A DNA stretch of 64,000 nt from an uncultured Candidatus Saccharibacteria bacterium (GTDB lineage Bacteria; Patescibacteriota; Minisyncoccia; Phycocordibacterales; UBA9973), in assembly GCA_964500465.1 (NCBI GenBank), contig CAZCNB010000004.1, forward strand, positions 1,160 to 65,159. The letters run 5' to 3'. Of the stretch, positions 17,508-26,661 are shown piece by piece. Position 1 is the stretch's first letter, and the number at the start of each line of letters is the position of its first letter. The translations under genes were made by a program, and so were the position numbers. Under the pieces are notes generated by a model. The model did not search any database and was not told where the DNA came from. It saw only the letters and a program-made list of their open reading frames with translations.

Positions 17508-18613
17508 AATACTACGTAAAGACTATAATATATAGTATTTTAACTTTAGTAGTATTTCTTACTACGCCTGTATATGCTGGAAACTCTTCACTTTTCTTAG
17601 GAAAATCTCAATCAACAGTTGGTGAGGGAAGCAACATAACTATTGATGTAAAAGTAAAATCACCAGATGAACCTATTAACGCAGTATCCGGATCACTTTC
17701 TTTTCCTAGTGATTTATTGCAAATTGTTTCTATTTCAAGAGATGATAGTATTTTGAATATCTGGACCCATGATCCAAATATCAGCAGAAATAAGATTTCT
17801 TTTGAAGGAGTGATACTAAATCCTGGTTATATTGGTCAAGGTGGAAGCATTTTCCATATTACCTTTCAGGCAAAGAAAATAGGAACAGCTACCATATATT
17901 TTAATGAAGGTTCAATACTTGCAAACGATGGACTTGGAACAAATATCATAAATGGGTTGAGTTCTACTAGTTTCAATATTATTGCATCTGGTGCACTTGA
18001 TCTAGTAAGGCCAATTGCAACAAATAATAATGGTAGATTAATGGCTCTGCCAGTTATAACTGAATATTCCGAGTCAGTGTATTCTAAGGATAGTGTTTAC
18101 CTAAGAGGAAAGGGGGAACCAAATGCTGTTACAAAACTTTCTTTTGAAAAAGTATCTAATAAGTCCTTCGGTGAACAGTTTTTAGATTTTATTCAGTCTA
18201 AAAAGAAACGCTTAACTGATGTATTAGTAAAAAATAATGATAAAGGTTTGTTTGAATATATTACTCCTAATAATTTGATCGCAGGAGTTTACAATGCCAC
18301 ACCTTTCTTAGTTGATGACAATACAAATACTACAAAACCAGGTCTTGGTGTTAGACTATTTGTGAATGATAGTAAGATAATAAAAGCACTTATTGTTTTT
18401 ATAAATATACTAATACTGTTAATACCAATAGTTGGACTAATAATGCTAATATATTTTATCCCTTGGTATTCATCTCGAAGAATGCGTATACTCAAGCGTA
18501 AAATGGGCCTCGAAGAAGAGAAAATTCAACTTACTGAGCATGAGTTAGAGCGCCAAGATAAGATGCTTTCCCAAGCACCCATACCGCCCATATCTACTGA
18601 AAAAAGGGAATAA
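17504..18613 (+). CDS. Cohesin-domain protein with C-terminal TM and cytoplasmic coiled coil
   Basis: ATGA overlap with the previous stop; 'ITIDVKV..PINAVSGSLSFPSDLLQIVSIS', 'FHITFQAK', 'ILANDGLGTN'. Confidence 0.8.
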   Translation: MKYYVKTIIYSILTLVVFLTTPVYAGNSSLFLGKSQSTVGEGSNITIDVKVKSPDEPINAVSGSLSFPSDLLQIVSISRDDSILNIWTHDPNISRNKISFEGVILNPGYIGQGGSIFHITFQAKKIGTATIYFNEGSILANDGLGTNIINGLSSTSFNIIASGALDLVRPIATNNNGRLMALPVITEYSESVYSKDSVYLRGKGEPNAVTKLSFEKVSNKSFGEQFLDFIQSKKKRLTDVLVKNNDKGLFEYITPNNLIAGVYNATPFLVDDNTNTTKPGLGVRLFVNDSKIIKALIVFINILILLIPIVGLIMLIYFIPWYSSRRMRILKRKMGLEEEKIQLTEHELERQDKMLSQAPIPPISTEKRE

Positions 18614-18632
18614 ATGTGGTATTATATACCTT

Positions 18633-19724
18633 ATGAGAAGATTTAATATCTCGGTAATTCTCGTTATTTTTGTATTAATATCTGGCTTCCCAAATATAAT
18701 TAATGCAGATAGTGATATTTTAACACCCCAAGAAAACTTGTGGCTTAAGTCTCGCAACAATACTATTATTGTTTATCCAGAAAAGAATTTTCCTCCATAT
18801 TCTTATCAAAATGCTTCTAGAACACCCCAAGGTTTATCGATAGATTATATAGAGCTTGTTGCTAAAAAAGTAGGAGCAAAAGTCGAGTATTTACAAGCTC
18901 GCCCACTTTATCAGATATTAGATGATATAAAACAAGATGGTAAAGGTGATGTAGTCACCTCATTATCTGAAAATAAAGAAAGAGATGATTTTTTATATTT
19001 TTCTGATACCTATATTACTAGTCCTGCAGTTATAGTAGTGCGTAAAGATTTAGATAAGAGAAGTGATATGACACTATCTGACTTAACTGGCAAGAAAGTG
19101 GCTATTGGTGATCAATATGCAGTTGAAGACTTTGTTCGGGTTAATAATCCTAGGGTTGTTATAGATTCAGTAACTGACGATGAGTTGGGCCTACAAAAGT
19201 TAGTTTTAGGAGAGGTTGATGCAGCAATTATTGACGTTACTTCTTTATCTTATTATCTTTCAAAGCAAGTACTAAATAGTGTTAGAATTGTAGGTAGTAC
19301 AGGGTTTGAATATAAGCTTTCTTTTGCTGTACCTAAAGATAAAGAAATACTCCAATCAATAATAGATAAAGGTTTACAGCAAATAAGTACAAATGATAGG
19401 AAAATTATTACCGATAAATGGGTAGTGATACCTAATAAATCAAGCTCCACTAATCCTTTTATTTCTTATCTCAAACAGAATATTAGCACAATAGTACTTT
19501 ATGTCTTACTTTGTGCAATAATATTAATGTTACTTATTAGAAGAACAAATGGAACAAGATATTTTTCTTTTAGAAATCGCACCAAGATGGATAAAGTTAA
19601 TGAGTTAAAACAGGAGATTATTGAACTAGAAGATACTAGTAAAGGTCTCATGGAAGAATTAAATGAAGTTAAAATTCTTGAAGAAAATATAAAAGAAAAA
19701 GTTAAAAGTATTGAAACTCAATAA
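18633..19724 (+). CDS. Solute-binding (family 3, BvgS/EvgS-like) domain + TM + short coiled coil
   Basis: 'LTPQENLWL..FPPYSY..GLSIDY', 'FSDTYIT', 'GEVDA', 'LQSIIDKGL..I..KW'; no kinase domain follows. Confidence 0.85.
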   Translation: MRRFNISVILVIFVLISGFPNIINADSDILTPQENLWLKSRNNTIIVYPEKNFPPYSYQNASRTPQGLSIDYIELVAKKVGAKVEYLQARPLYQILDDIKQDGKGDVVTSLSENKERDDFLYFSDTYITSPAVIVVRKDLDKRSDMTLSDLTGKKVAIGDQYAVEDFVRVNNPRVVIDSVTDDELGLQKLVLGEVDAAIIDVTSLSYYLSKQVLNSVRIVGSTGFEYKLSFAVPKDKEILQSIIDKGLQQISTNDRKIITDKWVVIPNKSSSTNPFISYLKQNISTIVLYVLLCAIILMLLIRRTNGTRYFSFRNRTKMDKVNELKQEIIELEDTSKGLMEELNEVKILEENIKEKVKSIETQ

Positions 19725-19767
19725 ATTTATAATCGCGTTTTAAAAACAAATTTTATACTCATAATAT

Positions 19768-20856
19768 ATGAAATCATTATTAATCTATATATTCCTGATC
19801 GCTGTACTAATAACCCCAACATCTAGCACTAAAGCACAATCAAACTTACTTAATAGTGAGGAAAATATATGGATTTCTTCAAGGAATAATACTATCTCAG
19901 TGGTTCCAGAAAGAAACAATCCGCCCTTTTCTTTTAATGATTCATCCTATATATCCCAAGGTATATTTATAGATTATATAAAGCTTGTTTCTGAAAAATT
20001 AAATATTAAAGTAGATTTTTTAACTTCTCGTACTAGATCTGATATTATTGCAGGAATATATGAAGATAAAGCTGATTTTGTTTCTACTCTTGAGATTGAT
20101 AAAATTGAAAACACCAATCTAGCTTCCACAAGTCCTTATTCTACTTTCCCAGTTGTTATTGCGGTTCGTAAAGATTATGACGCAAGAGAGGGGATGACAC
20201 TAGATGATTTTAATAATAGGAGTGTTGCTGTAATGCAAGATTCTCCTATAAATTCTTATATAAAGAAAAATTACCCAAGGATAGTTATACAAGAAGTAGT
20301 CGATAACGAGCTTGCTTTACAAAAAGTAGCTCTAAACGAAGTTGATGCTACGGTCATAAATTCCGCATCTCTAACTTATCTACTTTCTAAACAATCTATG
20401 CGTAGCATAAAAGTTGTAGGAAGTATTCCTCTTGATTCAAAAATGTCATTTGTTGTTCCGAAAGACAAATTAGTTTTAAGTTCTATTTTGACTAAAGGAT
20501 TAAAACAAGTTAGCGCCAAAGAGCACCAGCAGATAATTGATAAATGGATTTCATTACCCAACGAGAAAGACAATAAGAATACTCTGATTACTTACATTAA
20601 CGATAATTTTGTTATTATACTTATTACACTATTGTTTTTAGTAATATTAGTATCAATGTTTTTATTCTTTAGAAAAAGAAATCATTATTTTAACTATAAT
20701 CACGAACATAAAAATAGTAAATTAATTGAATTAGAAAAAGAAATATCCGAACTTGAATCTACTAGTGCCAGTTTGATAGATGAACTTAAGGAGGTAAAAA
20801 ACTTAGAACAAGATATTAAAAATAAAATTAGACAAGGAGAATCTATCCATCATTAA
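19768..20856 (+). CDS. Paralogous solute-binding domain + TM + short coiled coil
   Basis: Same architecture and motifs as 18633-19724. Confidence 0.85.
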   Translation: MKSLLIYIFLIAVLITPTSSTKAQSNLLNSEENIWISSRNNTISVVPERNNPPFSFNDSSYISQGIFIDYIKLVSEKLNIKVDFLTSRTRSDIIAGIYEDKADFVSTLEIDKIENTNLASTSPYSTFPVVIAVRKDYDAREGMTLDDFNNRSVAVMQDSPINSYIKKNYPRIVIQEVVDNELALQKVALNEVDATVINSASLTYLLSKQSMRSIKVVGSIPLDSKMSFVVPKDKLVLSSILTKGLKQVSAKEHQQIIDKWISLPNEKDNKNTLITYINDNFVIILITLLFLVILVSMFLFFRKRNHYFNYNHEHKNSKLIELEKEISELESTSASLIDELKEVKNLEQDIKNKIRQGESIHH

Positions 20857-20881
20857 TTTAAAAATTAATTATCATATTTTT

Positions 20882-21388
20882 ATGAGTAATCAAAAAGGTT
20901 TCACATTAATTGAACTACTTGTCGCGGTAGCTATAATCGCAATATTAGCCAGTGTAATAATGACTATGTCTTCTAATGCAAGGAATAATGCCAAAGATGC
21001 AGCTATCAGAAGGCAGTTTGCAGAATTTACTAAACTGCTTTTGCAAGAATATGTTGATAATGGTACTTATGCAAATCTTCAACTTCCAGCAACTTATTTT
21101 TATACTAAAGAAGATTGCGAATCAGGATTTACTTCAAGTGTATATGTTTCTGAAGCCCGAGCTATATGTAAAGAGATAGTTAAAAATTTAAATAACGGAG
21201 CATTTTATGTAGGAGCTAATAATCCTAGTTCTCAAAAGTATTCTATTTCAACAAACTTGAACACACCAGTTTACTTATCTGGAAATCCCACAGGGCATGA
21301 TTATTGTGTTGGAAGTAGTGGGACTTACGATGGCACCTCTGTAGGTAATGGAAGTCAGACCCAAAAAGGTTGTTATAATAACCCTTAA
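20882..21388 (+). CDS. Type IV pilin / pseudopilin
   Basis: Class III signal KG|FTLIELLVAVAIIAILAS with E5; paired cysteines. Confidence 0.9.
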   Translation: MSNQKGFTLIELLVAVAIIAILASVIMTMSSNARNNAKDAAIRRQFAEFTKLLLQEYVDNGTYANLQLPATYFYTKEDCESGFTSSVYVSEARAICKEIVKNLNNGAFYVGANNPSSQKYSISTNLNTPVYLSGNPTGHDYCVGSSGTYDGTSVGNGSQTQKGCYNNP

Positions 21389-21447
21389 AATATACTAAAA
21401 ATATAGTAGCTAATTTTAGCCTAAAATGCTATAATTACTTGGTATTT

Positions 21448-23550
21448 ATGGCTAAAAAGGAGGAAAAAAATGCTAAATATGGTGCTGATCAGATCTCAGT
21501 TTTAGAGGGTCTTGAGCCTGTACGTCGACGTCCTGGTATGTATATTGGTTCAACTGGTATAGATGGACTTCATCACTTGATATGGGAAATTTTTGATAAC
21601 TCACGCGATGAAGCTATGGGTGGATTTGCTGATCATATTGAAGTTACTCTACTTCCAAATAATTCTGTACGAGTTGCTGATAATGGACGTGGTATTCCAG
21701 TTGATATTCATCCAAAGACAAAAGTATCTGCGCTTGAAACTGTAATGACTACACTTCACGCTGGAGGAAAATTCGGAGGTGATGATAGTGGCTATAAAGT
21801 TTCCGGAGGCCTTCACGGTGTGGGAGCTTCTGTTGTAAATGCACTATCTATCTATACTCAAGCCATAGTTCACCGTGATGGTGGAAAATACGTTCAAGAA
21901 TATTCACAAGGAAAAAGGAAAGCTGCTGTTAAAAAAATCTCTACTTCTAAAGACCACGGAACTATTATTACATTTAGACCAGATGAAGAGATATTTAAAC
22001 AAGTTAAATTTGATTGGAATACAATAATAAACCATTTGCGCCAGCAAGCTTACTTAGTAAAAGGTTTGAGAATAGATATAATCGATGCTCGTGATGAATC
22101 TTTCGCACAATCAATATTAACTAAAGGCAAAGATTCTTTAAACGATGACAAGGTTTTTTGGTTCAGAGAACTTTCTCTTGAAGTTCCTAGTACAACATTT
22201 TATTTTGAAGGTGGATTGGTTTCACTCGTAAAATTTTACAATAAACTTGAGAAAACAATAAACCCAAGTGTATTTTATGTAGAGAAAGAAGTTGATGGGG
22301 TAGGAGTAGAAGTTGCCCTACAATATGTTGACGATGTTAATTCTCACATAGTTCCATTTGCTAACAATATTTACAACCCAGAAGGAGGTACGCATGTTAC
22401 AGGTTTTAAAACTGCTCTTACGAGAGTATTGAATACATATAGTAAAAAAAATAATCTAATAAAAGAGTCTGATGGTGCTTTTACTGGAGATGATGTGTTA
22501 GAAGGTCTAATGGCAGTAGTTTCAGTAAAACTTCGTGAAATACAATTTGAAGGTCAAACTAAAGCAAAATTAGGATCAACTGAAGCACAAGGTGCAGTAG
22601 CCTCTGTTTTTGGAGATGCATTTACTGGATTTTTAGAAGAGAATCCAGATGAAGCAAAATCAATAATAAACAAATCTATTCTTGCATTGCGTGCTCGTAA
22701 AGCTGCAAAGGCTGCAAAAGATTCAGTTCTTCGAAAAGGTGCACTTGAAGGCATGACCCTTCCTGGTAAACTTGCAGACTGTCAGAGTAAGAGTGCCGAA
22801 GAATCTGAAATATTTATTGTAGAGGGAGATTCTGCGGGAGGTACTGCTAAGATGGGACGTGATAGAAAAACGCAAGCAATATTGCCACTTCGAGGTAAAA
22901 TTTTAAATGTTGAACGTGCAAGACTTGATCGCATGCTTGGTAGTGAACAGATTAAAAACTTAGTTATTGCCATGGGTACTTCAATTGGTGATACTTTTGA
23001 TCTTGAAAAGATTAGATATCATAAGCTTATTATTGCAACTGATGCTGACGTTGACGGTGCTCATATTAGGACATTAATACTTACACTTATGTATAGATAC
23101 TTCCGACCAGTGCTCGATGCAGGATATGTATATATTGCTCAACCACCACTATTTAAAATAAAAAAGGGTAAAGAAATATCTTATGCTTATTCAGATGAAG
23201 AGCGAGATAAATTACTAGGTAAAGATGCTCCTTCACTAGAAGAGTTGCTTCAAGATTCTGCAAATGAAGGAGAAAATGAAGTTGAACTTGAGGTAGAAGA
23301 GGAAGATGAAAAAACAAAAGCTAAAAAATCTACCAAAATCCATGTCCAACGTTATAAAGGTCTTGGGGAAATGAATGCCGAAGAATTATGGGAAACTACT
23401 ATGGATCCAGCAAGACGTATACTTAAACAAGTCACCATAAATGACGCTGAAGAAGCAAATAAAATTTTTGACATGTTAATGGGATCAGAAGTTCCTCCTC
23501 GTAAAGCATTTATTCAATCTCACGCAAAAATGGCTAATCTCGACATCTAG
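21448..23550 (+). CDS. gyrB: DNA gyrase subunit B
   Basis: 'LEGLEPVRRRPGMYIG', 'SGGLHGVG', 'VEGDSAGG', 'TDADVDG', 'QRYKGLGEM'; ATG at 21448 (alternative TTG at 21439). Confidence 0.95.
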   Translation: MAKKEEKNAKYGADQISVLEGLEPVRRRPGMYIGSTGIDGLHHLIWEIFDNSRDEAMGGFADHIEVTLLPNNSVRVADNGRGIPVDIHPKTKVSALETVMTTLHAGGKFGGDDSGYKVSGGLHGVGASVVNALSIYTQAIVHRDGGKYVQEYSQGKRKAAVKKISTSKDHGTIITFRPDEEIFKQVKFDWNTIINHLRQQAYLVKGLRIDIIDARDESFAQSILTKGKDSLNDDKVFWFRELSLEVPSTTFYFEGGLVSLVKFYNKLEKTINPSVFYVEKEVDGVGVEVALQYVDDVNSHIVPFANNIYNPEGGTHVTGFKTALTRVLNTYSKKNNLIKESDGAFTGDDVLEGLMAVVSVKLREIQFEGQTKAKLGSTEAQGAVASVFGDAFTGFLEENPDEAKSIINKSILALRARKAAKAAKDSVLRKGALEGMTLPGKLADCQSKSAEESEIFIVEGDSAGGTAKMGRDRKTQAILPLRGKILNVERARLDRMLGSEQIKNLVIAMGTSIGDTFDLEKIRYHKLIIATDADVDGAHIRTLILTLMYRYFRPVLDAGYVYIAQPPLFKIKKGKEISYAYSDEERDKLLGKDAPSLEELLQDSANEGENEVELEVEEEDEKTKAKKSTKIHVQRYKGLGEMNAEELWETTMDPARRILKQVTINDAEEANKIFDMLMGSEVPPRKAFIQSHAKMANLDI

Positions 23551-23559
23551 TATATTTAT

Positions 23560-24558
23560 ATGTCGCATACGTCTGGAAATAAATCAGTCACTTTTGCATT
23601 AATAGGTAATGTGTTTGTAACAATAACCAAAGGAATAGTTGCGGTTTTTTCTGGTTCTACAAGTATGTTTGCTGAAAGTGTACATAGTTTTGCTGACACA
23701 CTAAATCAATCCCTTCTTCTTATAGGACTAAATCGTTCAAAAAAGCCTGCAGATGATATAAGAGGGTATGGATATGGAATTGAAAGATTTTTTTGGTCAC
23801 TTATATCTGCTTGCGGGATTTTATTTGTTGGAGCCGGTGTAACCATATATCACTCAATACATTCTTTGATTAACAATGGAGGATCTTCAAATTTCCATTT
23901 ATATAACATAGTTGTTTTATTAATAGCACTTGTTATAGAGAGTATTACTTTATACATAGCTATCAAAGAGTTAAAAGGTAATAAAAAATTTTCTAGAAAA
24001 ATGTTAGATGAAGCAGATCCAGTAGTTTTGGCAGTAGTTTATGAAGATGGGGTTGCTGTCATAGGTGTAATTGTTGCTCTCATTGCTCAGTTTTTGACAG
24101 TTATTACAAACAATAATCTTTACGATAGTGTTGGTGGAATAGTAGTAGGTATAATTTTAGGTGTTTTGGCAGTAATTTTAATTAGAAAAAATCATCACTA
24201 TTTAATAGGTAAGTCTATAAAAGAAGAAGTAAAAGAAGAAATCATCGAACTTCTTTTGAAAGATCCTTGTATTGAGAAAATATTAGAGTTTAAATCCGTT
24301 GCTGTAAACATTGGAAAATACAGAATATATGTATCTGTTGAATGGAATGGTACTCCACTATACCATGAGATATATGATGCAGGGGAGTTAAAAGAAGAAT
24401 TCGAATCTGTGAAAGATGATTTCCAAGAGTTTACGAAACTAATGCTAAAAACAACAGATAGAGTTCCTAGAGTGCTAGGAACTCATATAGATGATATAGA
24501 GAAAAAGATCACAAGCCAGTTCCCAGAAGTTTTGTATGTAGATATTGAGATAAACTAG
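23560..24558 (+). CDS. Cation diffusion facilitator family transporter
   Basis: 'AESVHSFAD', 'YGYGIERFFWS', about six TM helices. Confidence 0.9.
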   Translation: MSHTSGNKSVTFALIGNVFVTITKGIVAVFSGSTSMFAESVHSFADTLNQSLLLIGLNRSKKPADDIRGYGYGIERFFWSLISACGILFVGAGVTIYHSIHSLINNGGSSNFHLYNIVVLLIALVIESITLYIAIKELKGNKKFSRKMLDEADPVVLAVVYEDGVAVIGVIVALIAQFLTVITNNNLYDSVGGIVVGIILGVLAVILIRKNHHYLIGKSIKEEVKEEIIELLLKDPCIEKILEFKSVAVNIGKYRIYVSVEWNGTPLYHEIYDAGELKEEFESVKDDFQEFTKLMLKTTDRVPRVLGTHIDDIEKKITSQFPEVLYVDIEIN

Positions 24559-24587
24559 AAACCGTTATTAAGAGCGGTTTCTAGTTT
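24552..24587. terminator. Bidirectional hairpin between the convergent CDF and thrS genes
   Basis: AAACTAGAAACCG-N10-CGGTTTCTAGTTT, a perfect 13-bp inverted repeat. Confidence 0.7.
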
Positions 24588-26313
24588 CTTCTTTTATGTG
24601 AGCCATAAAATCAGGTAGTGACATTTGAACTTTTGATCCATCACGTTTTTCTATTGTTAGAAGTCCTGACTCTTTTTCTTTATCTCCAACTACTACTACA
24701 TAAGGAGTATTTACTTTCTTTGCAGCGTGAATTTTTTTACCAAGACTATCATTATAGTCTATATGTTCAACCCTGATATCATTTCCAGAAAGAGATTTTG
24801 TAATTTTATCTGTCTCTTCTAAATGATTTTCTTTTACAGGAATAACAGCAACTTGTATTGGAGAAAGCCAAGTAGGGAATATTCCTGCGGTGTGCTCAAT
24901 CATAATTGATAAGAATCTTTCTATAGAACCCATTATAGCAGCGTGTATCATTACAATTCTTTCTTTTTCTCCCTTTTCATTTGTGCAAGTAAGATCAAAT
25001 CTCTCTGGCATATTCATATCAAGCTGTATTGTTGCGACTTGCCATTCACGACCGATTGCGTCGTTTGCCATAAAATCAAGTTTTGGTCCATAAAATGCAG
25101 CTTCGCCTATTCCTTCAAAAGTCTCTACTCCACGTTCATCTGCAATCTCAGTTAGCATATTTTCTGCAAATGCCCATCTTTCTTTATCACCTAGATACTT
25201 TTCTGGATGTTCTGGGTCATGTTTAGAGACACGTACACGTAATTTGAACCCAAATGTTTTGTAAAAAGTTTCAACAATGTCCCAAATTTTTAAGAATTCA
25301 TCACGCGCTTGTGACATTCTACAAAATACGTGAGCGTCATCTTGAGCAAACGCTCTAACACGAGACAATCCTGAAAGTTCTCCGGATTGTTCGTCTCTAT
25401 AGCAAGTTGTAGTATTTGCGTATCTTTGAGGAAGCTCTCGGTAACTCCACATTTTTCGAGCATAAATCTGAGTATGGTGAGGACAATTCATTGGCTTCAT
25501 TGCAAATTCATGTCCTTCACGAGTAGTTATACGGAATAAATCATCTTTGTATTTATCCCAGTGGCCACTTTTCTCATAAAGATCCTTCTTTGTTATATGT
25601 GGTATCTCCACTCTATCGTATCCTTTTTCTTGACGAAGTTGCCAAACATAAGAGTCTAATAGGTTCCTTAAAAGTGTACCTTTAGGTGTCCAAAGAGGAA
25701 GACCTGGTCCTACTAAATCTGAGAAAGTAAATAGATCAAGTTCAACCCCAAGTTTTTTATGATCTCGTTTCCTCGCTTCTTCTTGTTGTTTTTCATAAGC
25801 TTCAAGTTCTTCCTTTGAATTAAAAGCAAGTCCGTATATACGAGTAAGCATTTTGTTTTTCTCGTCTCCCCGCCAATATGCACCAGCAACACGATCAAGT
25901 TTAAATGAATCTGGATTTATTTCCTTATTTGGATTCTCTGCATGCCCTCCACGACAAAGATCTGTAAAACCACCACAAGTGTATAGGGTTATTTGTTCCC
26001 CTCGATCAGCAATCTCATTTATTAATTCTTTTTTATATATATTTCCTTTGAAATAATCTAAAGCCTCCTCCTTATTTATTTCTTTATGAGTAAATTCCAC
26101 CCATTTGTTCAAATTCTTTAACATTGATGATTGAACCTTATTTAGATCTTCATCTGTGAATTTATCTCCTCCAAAATCAATATCATAGTAAAATCCGTTG
26201 TCTATGGCAGGACCAAGAGTTGGCAGGGCGTTAGGATAGTGTTCCAAAACGGCTTGAGCAAGCAAGTGGGCGAGCGTATGCCTGATGTGTGGTAATTTTT
26301 CAGTATTTTCCAT
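24568..26313 (-). CDS. thrS: Threonine--tRNA ligase (no N-terminal TGS domain)
   Basis: 'IRHTLAHLLAQAV', 'DLCRGGH', 'RDHKKLG', 'KPMNCPHH', 'FYGPK', 'GSIERF'; start set at MENTEK. Confidence 0.95.
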   Translation of the reverse strand: MENTEKLPHIRHTLAHLLAQAVLEHYPNALPTLGPAIDNGFYYDIDFGGDKFTDEDLNKVQSSMLKNLNKWVEFTHKEINKEEALDYFKGNIYKKELINEIADRGEQITLYTCGGFTDLCRGGHAENPNKEINPDSFKLDRVAGAYWRGDEKNKMLTRIYGLAFNSKEELEAYEKQQEEARKRDHKKLGVELDLFTFSDLVGPGLPLWTPKGTLLRNLLDSYVWQLRQEKGYDRVEIPHITKKDLYEKSGHWDKYKDDLFRITTREGHEFAMKPMNCPHHTQIYARKMWSYRELPQRYANTTTCYRDEQSGELSGLSRVRAFAQDDAHVFCRMSQARDEFLKIWDIVETFYKTFGFKLRVRVSKHDPEHPEKYLGDKERWAFAENMLTEIADERGVETFEGIGEAAFYGPKLDFMANDAIGREWQVATIQLDMNMPERFDLTCTNEKGEKERIVMIHAAIMGSIERFLSIMIEHTAGIFPTWLSPIQVAVIPVKENHLEETDKITKSLSGNDIRVEHIDYNDSLGKKIHAAKKVNTPYVVVVGDKEKESGLLTIEKRDGSKVQMSLPDFMAHIKEETRNRS

Positions 26314-26333
26314 ATTTAGCAATAATAGCATAT

Positions 26334-26361
26334 TTGCATATTTCCGGAAAATAGCTATACT
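26334..26361 (+). promoter_or_regulatory. Promoter TTGCAT-16-TATACT, 6 nt before the rpmF ATG; divergent from thrS
   Basis: Direct motif reading. Confidence 0.55.
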
Positions 26362-26367
26362 GTCTAT

Positions 26368-26586
26368 ATGGTAATACGAATGAGACATACTCGTGCCCAT
26401 ACTGGTAACCGCCGAAGCCATCATGCGCTTAAGGCAAAGACTTTTGCTGTTTGTGCGCATTGTAAAGCACCAAAAGAGACCCATGTAGTCTGCAAAAATT
26501 GTGGATTTTATAGGGGTCGTAAGGTTATAGATGTGGTTAAGAAGGTAGAAAAGAAACAAGCAAAGAAGAAAGCTCGCGCTAAATAA
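26368..26586 (+). CDS. rpmF: 50S ribosomal protein L32
   Basis: 'RRSHHAL', CxxC...H.VCxxCGFYRGR. Confidence 0.93.
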   Translation: MVIRMRHTRAHTGNRRSHHALKAKTFAVCAHCKAPKETHVVCKNCGFYRGRKVIDVVKKVEKKQAKKKARAK

Positions 26587-26592
26587 TTTTAG

Positions 26593-26643
26593 GCGTTAGT
26601 TGCTAAGCTCTAGTATTTAATACTAGACCCTTGCAACTAAAGC
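26593..26643 (+). other. Long (about 22-bp) interrupted RNA hairpin between rpmF and nusB-rnc
   Basis: GCGTTAGTTGC-tAAGc-TCTAGTAT-tta-ATACTAGA-ccCTT-GCAACTAAAGC; no U-tract follows. Confidence 0.7.
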
Positions 26644-26661
26644 GTAGATCTTTATTAAACA

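Noticed and set aside
21389-21447. Replication origin near gyrB
   Set aside because: The gap is short, with no DnaA-box cluster and no dnaA/dnaN; the two boxes seen are isolated and far away.
26314-26559. N-terminal extension of ThrS in the 663-aa ORF call
   Set aside because: Overlaps rpmF on the opposite strand; ThrS similarity and a -10 element support the start at 26313.
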